DNA of 63,761 bases, filler included, from Octopus bimaculoides (taxonomy: Eukaryota), in the NCBI RefSeq assembly GCF_001194135.2. It is 10 parts of 10 records of this genome, joined end to end, with 100 filler letters (N's around TTAATTAATTAA, not from the genome) between each part and the next. Parts side by side here need not be neighbours in the genome. Positions count along the whole stretch, not along the records: positions 41,697 to 46,112 come from NC_068981.1; positions 46,213 to 58,863 come from NC_068982.1; 8 more parts are not named here. One strand, 5' to 3'. Below are positions 41,697-53,664 of the stretch, one piece after another (within the stretch, counting starts at the first letter, position 1; each line of letters starts with the position of its first letter). Position numbers and translations under genes: made by a program. The notes beneath the pieces are model-generated. The model saw only the letters and a program-made list of their open reading frames with translations, was not told the DNA's origin and searched no databases.

Positions 41697-42766
41697 GATA
41701 GGATGCCCCTGAGAGCTCCTCTATGCTGATTACCTTGCACTAATTGCTGAGTCACTCTCAGAACTAGAGGAGAAGTTTCAGGTGTGGAAGCAAAGACTAG
41801 AATCGAAGGGCCTTAGAGTGAACCTAGCTAAAACCAAAGTCCTAATAATTAGGAAGGTAGACAAAACACAAACTCCTTCAGGTAGATGGCCCTGCTCGAT
41901 CTGTAGAAAAGGCGTGTGTAGGAACTCTATAAGATGCACCCAGTGCAAGCTATGGACACATAAGAGGTGCAGCAATATCAAAGGAAGGTTAACTAGGAAG
42001 TTAGTTTCCGTTTGAAGGAGATGTTCAGGAGCTATAAACACTGTAAATGTGCAGAAAACAACTTCTACCACATTCCAGGGAGAAAAATTAGAAGTAGTTG
42101 ATAGCTTCCATTACCTAGGTGACCGAGTCAGTAGCAAGGGAGGGTGTGCTGAAAGTGTAGTTGTTAGAATAAGAATTGCTTGGGCAAAGTTCAGAGAGTT
42201 TTTACCTCTGCTGGTGACAAAGGGCCTCTCACTCAGAGTAAAAAGCAGATTGTATGACGCATATGTACGAACAGCCATGCTTCATGACAGTGAAACATGG
42301 GCTGTAACTGCTGAGGACATGCTTAGGCTCACAAGGAATGAAGCCAGTATACTCCGATGGATGTGTAATATCAGTGTGCATACTAGACAGAGTGTAAGTA
42401 CCTTGAGAGAAAAGTTGAACCTAAGAAGCATCAGCTGTGGTGTGCAAAAGAGACGTTTGTGCTGGTATGGGCATGTGGTGAGAATGGATGAGGATAGCTG
42501 TGTGAAAAAGTGCCACACCCTAGCAGTTGAGGGAACCTTTGGAAAAGGTAGGCCCAGGAAGACCTGGGATGAGGTGGTGAGGCATGACCTTCGAACATTG
42601 GGCCTCACTGAGGCAATGACTTGTGACCGAGATCATTGGAAATATGTTGTGTGTGAGAAGACCCGGCAAGCCAAGTGAGACCTAAATCCAAGGCCTCTGC
42701 CAGGATGCGAGAGGCAAGAGAACTAATTTCGACGGATGGCACCCATGCCAACGTCGTCTCCTTCAT
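41697..42766 (+). mobile_element. RTE-clade LINE 3' portion (RT motif C to ORF end plus start of 3'UTR), pseudogenised
   Basis: GCP*ELLYADYL (decayed YADD), WKQRLESKGLRVNLAKTKV, a Cys-rich finger, LEVVDSFHYLG, RLCWYGHVVRMDE, GRPRKTWDEVV and DRDHWK. One frameshift and two stops. Confidence 0.95.
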
Positions 42767-43272
42767 TNNNNNNNNNNNNNNNNNNNNNNNNNNNNNNNNN
42801 NNNNNNNNNNNNNNNNNNNNNNNNNNNNNNNNNNNNNNNNNNNNNNNNNNNNNNNNNNNNNNNNNNNNNNNNNNNNNNNNNNNNNNNNNNNNNNNNNNNN
42901 NNNNNNNNNNNNNNNNNNNNNNNNNNNNNNNNNNNNNNNNNNNNNNNNNNNNNNNNNNNNNNNNNNNNNNNNNNNNNNNNNNNNNNNNNNNNNNNNNNNN
43001 NNNNNNNNNNNNNNNNNNNNNNNNNNNNNNNNNNNNNNNNNNNNNNNNNNNNNNNNNNNNNNNNNNNNNNNNNNNNNNNNNNNNNNNNNNNNNNNNNNNN
43101 NNNNNNNNNNNNNNNNNNNNNNNNNNNNNNNNNNNNNNNNNNNNNNNNNNNNNNNNNNNNNNNNNNNNNNNNNNNNNNNNNNNNNNNNNNNNNNNNNNNN
43201 NNNNNNNNNNNNNNNNNNNNNNNNNNNNNNNNNNNNNNNNNNNNNNNNNNNNNNNNNNNNNNNNNNNNNNNN

Positions 43273-44666
43273 AATGAAGAATAAGGCAGAATGCTAACCT
43301 GGAAGCATATTTTAATAAAGATTTCTAACCGGCTTTCATTGCGAAGCAAATTTTCAAGACGGAGAATGAAAATGTTTTTTTACAGAGAAGTACAAAATGA
43401 AGAAAATAATATATAAAAAATATAATATATATAAAAATAAATATACTAATACATTATATTGTCTTTGAACTTTTGAAGTTCAATGGTAGTTCATGTATAT
43501 AACGGTTGGAAAAATAAGAATGCATTAGAAATGAGAGTTGTGTTAGGTTTAAAAAGGATTAAAAGTTTGTGTTAAGCAGGAAGTGTGGTGTCGAAACAGG
43601 GAGTGTGTGTAAGGGGAGACAAATGTTTTTAGTTGGAGTTATGAACTCTTTTTCAACAGGAAGTTTATGTCTGTTCCTAGAGAAATAAGGTCACTGAGGG
43701 GTATGTGTGTTAAGAGATGGTTGGAATTTCTCTATGAAAAGATTCTCCTTGTTGATTCTTTCTTGTGTGGAGATTCTGTCTTTACATTGATAGAAAAGGA
43801 ATATAAGGAATTTAGGGTTTTTGTTTCTGGTGCAAGAGTCTATATGGCCACTGAGTGGAATTTGCCGGTATTGAGGGAGATTTGTTCTTTATGGACTGCT
43901 ACTCTTCTACGCAACGGGTGGCTCGTCTGTCCGATATAGAAGTTTTGGCAACCTGCGCATGTGAGGACATAAATGAGGTTACCAGAGGAACAAGAAACAT
44001 TGGTTTTGATCTTAAACTTTGTTCCTCGTTTGAAGGTAAATTCAGAGTCTTCAAGTAGGTAGGGGCAGGTACCACAATTAGGGAGATGATGTTTGCTGAA
44101 TTCCATAGTGAATTGAATGCTGGGATGTATGTTGTTAAGTATGGATTTCAATTCTAGAAGATTTTCATAGGATTCCTTCCATATGATGAAACAATCATCC
44201 AAGTATCTTTTCCAGTTATCCATTAAGTAGATGTGGAAAAGGTGTCCAAATTTCTGGCATGAAATTTCAAATAGTGAAAAACCAACCAACCCCAAAATAC
44301 TTCCATACATCTCCACCCACAACTCCAAAACATCGAAGCATTTGTCTCCTCTTACACACACTTCCTGTTTTGACACCACACTTCCTGCTTAACACAAACT
44401 TTTAACCCTTTTTAAACCTAACACAACTCTCAATTCTAATGCATCCTTATTTTTCCAACCATTATATACATGATCTGCCATTGAACTTCAAAAGACAATA
44501 TAATGTATTGGTATAGTTATTTTTATATATATTTTTTTTTTATATATTATTTTCTTCATTTTGTACTTCTTTGTAAAAAACATTTTCATTCTCCTTCTTG
44601 AAAATTTGCTTCGCAATGAAAGCCGGTTAGAAATCTTTATTAAAATATGCTTCCAGTTTAGCATTC
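43273..44666 (-). mobile_element. Penelope-like element: partial RT fused to GIY-YIG endonuclease, flanked by inverted pLTR-like repeats
   Basis: WKRYLDDCFIIW, LNNIHPSIQFTME, CGTCPYL and LIYVLTCAGCQNFYIGQT; after a frameshift, ERINKENLFIEKFQPSLN (stop at 43691). 43289-43643 is an inverted copy of 44318-44666. Confidence 0.9.
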
Positions 44667-45712
44667 NNNNNNNNNNTTTAAAAGTGTATAGAAATCCACA
44701 TTTTCCACTTTTTCGTAAAAATTTTTTACATCAATGGAATTTTCTCAATCTGAACTTTCCAGTGCAGTAATTAGATTTTTTAAATTCCGTTTACTTTGTG
44801 TAATTTAAGGGAGATTTGGCTGTTGTTTCTAGCAACTTTTATATTTCTTGCCTTCTACCTGGAACGGTGTTCTTACACACGTACTCAACATATAATATAG
44901 AGAGTAAGAGTAAAAGAGTGAGAGAGAGAGAAAGTGATACATACAAAGTCATAGATTAAACTTTCCTCTGAATATTCTTTACCTATTTTTCATAACATTG
45001 TTACGTAAAAACACACACAACTACACATACGTGATCTGTGACAAAAACATACACATTGCTCTCGTTCTCTATTCATTTCTCACCCTCTTCTTCTCTCGCT
45101 TCCTCAAACGCATACACGTGCAAGTAAACACAATCATTCACAAAAATATAACTCATGTTGGAAGGTCATAACTTTCTGAAAAATGAATATTTATTTATGA
45201 AATTTTCTATGCGTATATTATTTAATATGTAGATTCCGAATATACAAATATTTTCGGTGAAAGTGTTTTGGAAGTGGGGTGGGGGACAATTTTCGGAAAT
45301 TCCAATTAAATTCCTTTTAACTTCCAGGAAAATGAATATTTTTTCGTGAAATTTTCTACAAATATACCTTGATGTATGTACATTTCAAGCATGTAGGAAT
45401 TTTGAAGGAAACAACTGCAGGTTATTTTTGAGAAGTGTTCCCCACTCGGTGGTGTTTCGGAGCAAGTCGTCCATATTTGTTTCATTTTTTTCTATTATGT
45501 GCAAATGTGCATTTCGTATATTTCTAATGAAGTAATAGGCAATGAAGAGAAGCCGTCATCAGAAAACTTTTAACTACCTCTATTCCTTTCTCCCCCTCTC
45601 TCTACCTCTTTCTCTCTCGCTCTCTCAAACTCATACACATGCAAGTACACAATCATTCAGTAAAATATAACTCATGTTCGTCAATGTTTTGTAAATATAC
45701 CACAATTTTCAC

Positions 45713-45882
45713 TAGGGTGTTGGGGTTAGGGTTTAGGGTTAGGGTTTAGTGTTATGGTTACGGTTAGGATTAGTGTTACGGTTACGGTTTTAGGGTCAGT
45801 GTTAGGGTTTTACAGTTAGGGTTAGGGTTTAGGGTTAGTGTTAGGGTTAGTGTTAGGATTAGGTTTAGGATTAGTGTTGGGT
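45713..45882 (+). repeat. Degenerate interstitial (TTAGGG)n-like array
   Basis: Run of TTAGGG, TTTAGGG, TTAGTG, TTACGG and TTAGGA variants. Confidence 0.9.
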
Positions 45883-46212
45883 AATCGTGCGGGTGTTAAT
45901 CTCAAAAATTACAGATATGTGAAAAGTACCGATCCTGCCATCTATTATAACTTTTGTTGTTCTGTTTAATATATACATAGATTATGCCTCCAAAGAAGAG
46001 AGTTTGCTGGGGAAAGACAGCAACCGGTTAAAAATGACAGCCACAGACTGCAGCAATTCACCACATTCCAGTAGCTACTTTGAACATAATGCAAAATGGT
46101 GCATCAACACCTNNNNNNNNNNNNNNNNNNNNNNNNNNNNNNNNNNNNNNNNNNNNTTAATTAATTAANNNNNNNNNNNNNNNNNNNNNNNNNNNNNNNN
46201 NNNNNNNNNNNN

Positions 46213-46272
46213 TCATGTGTCACCCGCACATGAGCCAGTCCAGGGGCACCGGCAACGATCTCGCTCGAAAAA
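46213..46272 (-). mobile_element. RTE 3'UTR repeat-unit fragment
   Basis: GAGCCAGTCCAGGGGCACCGGCAACGATCTCGCTCGAAAA, near-identical to the unit at 29422-29560. Confidence 0.8.
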
Positions 46273-46956
46273 CCTCATGTGTGTGTGGTTTGATAAAAAA
46301 GACTGATAAAATATGTACCAGGCTTAACAAAATTAAATACTGGGATCAATTCATTTGACAAGGAAATTTTCAAAATGGTACCCCTGGATGATCATAGTCT
46401 AATGACTGAAACAAGTAAAAGGTTAAAGATAAAACTCAAAACAAGATGGAATTTTGATGGGAATTTTTAATCTAAACCCCTTTTAAACAAAGTTTGGATC
46501 AAGCAAAGGTGATCTTGGGTAGGTTAGTATTGAAAGGGTCAGAAACTATCCATCAACAGGTTATCAACCTTACTAATTTCTAGAGATGGGGAGGAAAAAA
46601 ACTGTTGATTATATTGACCCTCCAGAATTTGGCTGCCTTAAACATTTTTTGGGCCCTCCAAATGAACCTAAGAAAATGTTAACTGGGTCAAAATTTGAAC
46701 TCAGAATGCAAAAGGACATAACCAGACACTTTTCTGATACTCTCCTAAGCTACTTCACCTATATTACAAATGATAATGTATATTCATACTCTATTGAACA
46801 TCATTTCTGATAAGGTAGGAATTAGATAAAGAATTCCATCCCGCTGGGACCCATAAACCAGTTACTGGGTATTTTGTTTAATTCAGTCAACTAAATTCCT
46901 TCTTTATTAATTTGTTGTACTGTGCCAGAGTTACGAATCATCATGATCATGATCAA

Positions 46957-46989
<33 letters not shown>

Positions 46990-47029
46990 GCTTTTTTAAA
47001 CAGGAGGAAAGAAACTGGAAGAGGGCACT

Positions 47030-47236
47030 CTCTCATGCCTTGGGGATGGTAGAGTAATCCAAGATTTTTGCGTGAGGTTTACTCTGGATTATCCTAAGAG
47101 GACTTAGGATAATCTTAATGTAGTAGTATCTCCCCTTGATCAATGTTAACCCCATGTTTTTGTAATTTTTGTGTGCTGTAACTCGTCCTTATATTGTCCT
47201 CCATGTCTAGGGCCCTTGTGGCCCATAAAAGAAATC
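47030..47236 (+). mobile_element. Probable LINE 3' end with a tail shared with SINE B
   Basis: Ends TGTCCTCCATGTCTAGGGCCCTTGTGGCCCATAAAAGAAAT. Includes a 12-bp stem at 47087-47114. Confidence 0.4.
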
Positions 47237-47248
47237 ATTATTATTGTT

Positions 47249-47462
47249 AAGGTGGTGAGTTGGCAAAACCATTACCATGTCAAACAAGATGTTTAGTGGC
47301 ATTTCTTCTGACTCATTACATTCTGTGTTCAAATTCTGTCGCGGTCAGTTTTGCTTTTCATCCAGTCAGGGTTGATAAAATAAATACTGGTCAAATACTG
47401 GGGTTGATGTGGTTGACTATTACTATCCCTTCAAATTCCAGGCTTTGTGTCTTTAGTAGAAA
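47249..47462 (+). mobile_element. SINE family B copy
   Basis: AAGGTGGTGAGTTGGCAAAACC...GTGTTCAAATTC...TTGCTTTTCATCC. Confidence 0.7.
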
Positions 47463-47495
47463 AGATTATCATTATTATTATTATTATCATTATTA

Positions 47496-47527
<32 letters not shown>

Positions 47528-47952
47528 TACTTTTAATCTACATGTTTGTTACAATCACTCACTGAGACACACCCAGCTTCCTAGGGCAAGTGAAAGATAA
47601 GAGATGTTACAGCATGACTGAAAGCTTGGGGAGGGTCAATGTAATCAACTTACTCCTTCCCCCAAAATTGCTGGCCTTGTGCCAAGATCTTGAAATCATT
47701 ATTATTTACTATTATTAACTATCATGTTTTCAACAGTTTTATGTCTGTTTCTACAGCACTAACTGATGCATCTCTGTGTTCTTGATGTGTAGAGCATTGT
47801 CTCTTGAGGTTTGAACAATTGTGTTTATATCCTACATATTTTCTCTGTTGTGAGATTATTTTTGTTTATAACATTATTTTAGTGTTTCATCAGTTGTATA
47901 GTATACAAAAAAAGTGAGTTGCATTATTTTGTTGAATGTTGCTTGTGTTTTT

Positions 47953-48302
47953 TTCTTTTATTTATTTCATTCATTGGAATGTGGCCATACTGGTGCACTA
48001 CCTCAAAGGGCTTAGTCAAACAAATTGATCCCATAACTTATTTTCAAGTCTGGTATTTAGTCAATCAGTCTCTTTTGTTGAACCACTAAATCACAGAAGG
48101 GTAAACAAACCAATACTGATCATCTAGTAGTGGTGGGATATAAAAGACAAAAATAAGAGGGCACCTACACACACAGATATAAGACAAGCTTCCACACAGT
48201 TTCCATCTACCAAATTCACTCATGAGGCATTGGTTGACTCAGGACAATTGTAGAAGACACTTGTCCAAGGTGCTGTGTTGTGGGACTGAACCGAAAACCA
48301 CA
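47953..48302 (-). mobile_element. SINE family A copy, decayed
   Basis: GTGGCCATACTGG...CAGTTTCCATCTACCAAATTCACTCA...GGGACTGAACC. Confidence 0.75.
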
Positions 48303-48439
48303 TTCTTCACCACATTTGAGCTGTAGATTTGGTGTTAATAATCATTATCATTCTCTTTGTGCATAATGGTTTAAAGAATACAGCAAAATGTTTCCTATAT
48401 GGAACAAGAATATGGTAAATGTTGGAGAACATACAGTGG

Positions 48440-48625
48440 CCAAGGATCATATCAACAAGGACGATGAACTGCATCAAGGGCTCTACCTCATGATTTTTCC
48501 ACAGGGTTTGCTTCTGAAGCCTTTCTCTTAGCTGGGTATGGCCACAAGGCAGCAGAGCTTTGGAATGAAGGTTCCCCTTTCCCTAGATGGGTTGTTCCCT
48601 AGACTAACAAGCTCCCTCTGCCTGA
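48440..48625 (-). mobile_element. Segment resembling an RTE-clade 5'UTR or SINE middle-body sequence
   Basis: Minus strand GGCAGAGGGAGCTTGTTAG...ACCCATCTAGGGAAAGGGG...GCTGCCTTGTGGCCATACCCAG...AAAGGCTTC resembles RTE 5' regions as I recall them; not verified. Confidence 0.4.
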
Positions 48626-48680
48626 CTGACTTGCTAACCCATCTGCCTGACTGACTTGCTAACCTATCTGCCTGACTGAC
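48617..48680. repeat. 25-bp tandem repeat, about 2.6 copies
   Basis: TCTGCCTGACTGACTTGCTAACC(C/T)A at 48617, 48642 and a partial copy at 48667. Confidence 0.9.
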
Positions 48681-49562
48681 CCTTACTGGGACCCTGAAAG
48701 TTGCTACTGCTCTGGGTCAAATAAATTGAGACTAAGAAGTGGTTCCACACTCTTCAAACCCCTAGAACTCCCAAGCTACGGTCCCATGACTCGATACATT
48801 TTAAAGCCTTACCCAAGACATCAAGTTAGGAACCATTGATCTTGTAAGGTGGTAGAGTGTGATTCTAGGAAGATCTGATATAGCAAGCAGCAGAGTTGCC
48901 ACCAGTGACAGAAACCATTAAAAGAATAAAAGAATAATCAACATTATGATAGTTATTATCATAATGATTATTGTTATCTTCATCACCATATTCATTTGTC
49001 ATCATGATCAATATAATCAGTCTTTATATTACCACTAAGTCAAGATGTAAAGAATATTGGTTGAAACAAATCTTTGGTCACATGAAAGATAATATATGAA
49101 CAACAATGGCAGATAGAATAAATAAATAAATAAAAACATAGTAACAATGATATTTAGGAGATTTGTAACAGCAACCACAACAATAACAGAGGCAACAATC
49201 TCTGTCACTAGAGAGAAAGAATCATCACCATCACCATCATCATTGCCATCTTCATTATCATTGTCCTCATTATCATCATTTGCCAATATTGTTGTCACTG
49301 CTGCCAATGCTGCCAGTGCCGCCACCATCACCACCACCACCACCACCACCAGGATAATCATTATAATTGCAATTGTTGTCATCGCTGTTGTCATCATTCT
49401 CATTAGCATCCTCCTCCTCCTCATCATCATCAGTAGAAAAAGATTTCTACAACAATGACAAAGAAAATAATGACACTAACAATGGCAGACAGTTTTCTCT
49501 TGACTATATATATATATGTATATATATATATACATATAAATATAAGTATATATATAAACATG

Positions 49563-49594
<32 letters not shown>

Positions 49595-49639
49595 AATACA
49601 TATATAATATCTATATACAGACACACACAATATATCATC

Positions 49640-50640
49640 ATCATCATCATCATTGCCTCATTTAACGTCTATTGTTGATGTTGGCATGGGTTGGACAATT
49701 TGACCAGGGCTGGCAAACTGGAAGGCTGCACCAGACTCCTGAGTGATTTGGCATGACTTCTATGGCTGGGTGCCCTTCCTAATGCCAACTACTCTGAGAG
49801 TGTAATGGGTGCTTTTACGTTCCACTGGCATGAGTGCCATTTGCATGACACCAGTATCTGTCATGGCTGTGATTTTACTAGGCTTAATGGGTCTTCTTCT
49901 CAAGCATGACATAATTCCTAAGGTCTCGGTCATTGCCTCCGTGAGGCCCAACACTCGAAAGGAGCTTTTCACATGCCACCGGCATCAGCCACTTTGCCTC
50001 TGTGAGGTCCAACACTTGAAAGGTGTTCTTTACATGCCAGTTACATGGCAACAGCATCAGCCACAACTACGATTTCACTTGGCTTGAGCACAGGATATCA
50101 GTCACTAGTCATTGCCTCTGTGAAACCCAAAGTTTGAAGATCATGTCTTCCTGGGTCTACCTCTACCACAGGTTCCCTCCACAGTTAGAGATCGGTACTT
50201 CTTTATGCAGATGTCCTTGTCCATATGCATCACATGACCATACCAGTGCAGTTGTCTCTCTTGCACACCACATCTGATGCCTCTTATGCCAAGATTTTCT
50301 CTCAAGATGCTTACACTCTGTTGAACATGCACACTGACATCACACATCCAGTGAAACATACTGGTTTCCTTTCTTTCAAGCCTACACATGTCCTCAGCTG
50401 TCACAGCATATGTTTCGCTGCTATGTAGCATAGCTGTTCACACACAGGCATCATACAATCTGCCTCTCACTCTGAGTGAGGCCATTTGTTGCCAGCAGAG
50501 GTAGGAGTTCTCTGAACTTTGCCCAGCCTAATCTTATTCTCACAGCTACACTCTTGGAATATTCACTCCCAATACTAACTTGGTCACCAAGCTATCTACT
50601 ACCTCCAGCTTACTCCCCTGACAGTTGGTGGAGTCTATTT
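49640..50640 (-). mobile_element. RTE-clade LINE 3' remnant with complete 3'UTR and (TGA)n tail
   Basis: ORF 50141-50431 (LHWYGHVMHMD...GRGRPRKT) is homologous to 42049-42678. The UTR ends at ...TTAAATGA followed by a CAT array on the plus strand. Confidence 0.9.
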
Positions 50641-50718
50641 TCTATACATTTTTCGTGTTTATTGTACCTGTGCATCNNNNNNNNNNNNNNNNNNNNNNNN
50701 NNNNNNNNNNNNNNNNNN

Positions 50719-50773
<55 letters not shown>

Positions 50774-51177
50774 AAAAAGAAGCTGAATGAAAGACAGATC
50801 AAACTGGTTATGATGAACTCCTATCAGCTAATCATTATATTTGAGATGTGCCAATGTATATCACTTAATATCTGAACAGAAAAAAAAAAATTAAATGACA
50901 GAGCTCTTGTTACAAATTATGTATCATGCTTTTGTGGCTTTTGGAGTATTTAATGTTTTCTAATGGTGCCTGTATTATTATTATATAGACAGTCTAGAGT
51001 GAGTGTTTTTAGTGGTTTATCAAACAAGCAAATGATATATTTTCATTAGAGAGAGAAAGAGAGAGACAGAGACAGAGATGAGAGGAGGGAGAGAAATGGG
51101 AAAGTGAGAGTGAAACGAAGACAGAGAGTAAGCAAAGAACAAAATTAGGCAAGAGAAAAAGACTGAACACTATATAC

Positions 51178-51211
<34 letters not shown>

Positions 51212-53664
51212 ATGTATNNNNNNNNNNATATATATATATATATATGTATATGTGCAATGACACACACACAATATTCATATATATGCATACGTTTAGAGGT
51301 ATGGAGAGAGAGATAGAGAGAGAGAGAGAGAGGCAGACAGAGAGAATCAAAAATGGATCTGACAAGGCAGAAATTAAATTATTCTATCGGAAAGGAACAT
51401 CTGCAGTCGAACAAATGTTCCGATAGTGTCTGCTGGTGCACTTTGGAGATAGGGACCATTAATGAGACATAAATATGTATACATGTGTTTGTGTCTGTAA
51501 TACACACACACATACACACATATATATACATGTACTCATATATATATATATATGTATATATATATTTACATATGCATATGTACATATATATATATAAACA
51601 TATACATATATACGTATATGCATACATACACAGACACACACATATATATACATACATTTTATATACACACACACACATATACATATACAAATATTTATAT
51701 ACACATTTATATATATATACATTATATATATATATAAATATACATTATAGATACATATATATCATATATATAAATATATATATACACACATATACATATA
51801 CATACATATATACCTATGCAAATATACGTACATATATATATGCACACATGCGCACACACTCATATACATACATATATACATATATATAGACACACACACA
51901 GACACACATATGCAAATATATATACATATGTACAATTAAATACATGCACACACAAATGGACACACTCACATATATATACACAGAATTTTAATGTATCTTT
52001 TATATATAAATATATTATTCCTTGATATATTTACAAAACAGTGACAATAGATACAATGATATGTATAAAAATACTTTGGACTTCTATGCACATACTTACA
52101 AACACACAAACACCCACACACATACACACGTACATACATGTCATCATCGTCATCATTTAATGTTCAATTTCATTTTCGCATGAGTTATAAGGGTCAACAT
52201 AGCTTGAGTCAGATGTCATTCAAAGTTAGTGGCTTCATACATTGGTCAGCTGATCATCTCTTGATCGTTCCAATTTTAGCATGGTGGTCAATGGTTGGGT
52301 GCCCTTCGTGATATCAACTATTTTATAGGGTTTACTAGGTGTAATTTATTGTCACGGCGTCACTTGCAAGGCTGTCTTGTATTCCATATGACTAAGGAAT
52401 CGTCACTACTCTACAGTGTACTTGTTTACCGAAGTTAATTTGTAGGAGGAGAAGGAGGAAGAAGTGATGAAGAAGAACATGAAAGAAGAGGAGGAGGAGG
52501 AGAATTGAACAAAGAAGAAGAATAGGAATAAGAAGAAGAAAGGTGGAAGAAGGAGGAAGAGAAAGAGGAGGGAGAAGAAAAAACTGAAAATGGCAGTGTA
52601 GGAATGATAATGCAGGAATATATATATATATATGAGTGTGTGTATGTGTGTGTGTGTATGTGTGTGTGATAGTGTGCACGTGCGCACACATACACACTCA
52701 CAAAATGGTGATTGCTCCACCTTCACAGACAATTGCTAACTCCTTGTCAATGGCATTTTCTGATTTTCCATCTATGAACCTTCTGCATTGGATGGTTAAC
52801 CACAATGATATATATATATNNNNNNNNNNNNNNNNNNNNNNNNNNNNNNNNNNNNNNNNNNNNNNNNNNNNNNNNNNNNNNNNNNNNNNNNNNNNNNNNN
52901 NNNNNNNNNNNNNNNNNNNNNNNNNNNNNNNNNNNNNNNNNNNNNNNNNNNNNNNNNNNNNNNNNNNNNNNNNNNNNNNNNNNNNNNNNNNNNNNNNNNN
53001 NNNNNNNNNNNNNNNNNNNNNNNNNNNNNNNNNNNNNNNNNNNNNNNNNNNNNNNNNNNNNNNNNNNNNNNNNNNNNNNNNNNNNNNNNNNNNNNNNNNN
53101 NNNNNNNNNNNNNNNNNNNNNNNNNNNNNNNNNNNNNNNNNNNNNNNNNNNNNNNNNNNNNNNNNNNNNNNNNNNNNNNNNNNNNNNNNNNNNNNNNNNN
53201 NNNNNNNNNNNNNNNNNNNNNNNNNNNNNNNNNNNNNNNNNNNNNNNNNNNNNNNNNNNNNNNNNNNNNNNNNNNNNNNNNNNNNNNNNNNNNNNNNNNN
53301 NNNNNNNNNNNNNNNNNNNNNNNNNNNNNNNNNNNNNNNNNNNNNNNNNNNNNNNNNNNNNNNNNNNNNNNNNNNNNNNNNNNNNNNNNNNNNNNNNNNN
53401 NNNNNNNNNNNNNNNNNNNNNNNNNNNNNNNNNNNNNNNNNNNNNNNNNNNNNNNNNNNNNNNNNNNNNNNNNNNNNNNNNNNNNNNNNNNNNNNNNNNN
53501 NNNNNNNNNNNNNNNNNNNNNNNNNNNNNNNNNNNNNNNNNNNNNNNNNNNNNNNACACATATATTCATATATATATATAATATAATTGTTAAAGAGGAC
53601 AACAAACATTAAGGCAAGGCAAACATCTCAAGTCATATACAATATTATTATTGGAAAAATTCAA

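Noticed and set aside
45984-46031. MPPKKRV... start resembling an NLS-bearing protein
   Set aside because: Stops after 15 codons with no supporting downstream frame.
48548-48614. HDV-like ribozyme pseudoknot on the plus strand (GGCAGC/GTTGTT, GAGCTT/AAGCTC, CTAAC)
   Set aside because: No G after P1' for P1.1 and no canonical P3/L3. The same blocks form a simpler nested hairpin, and the element appears to be on the minus strand.
48617-48680. CRISPR-like or iteron-like repeats (also the 115-bp unit at 29422)
   Set aside because: Head-to-tail tandem copies with no unique spacers and no cas genes, in a eukaryotic context.
51430-52030. Tyr/Ile/His-rich ORFs here and at 33.8-34.2, 38 and 59.7 kb
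   Set aside because: Translations of degenerate (AT)n, (AC)n and (ATAC)n arrays.
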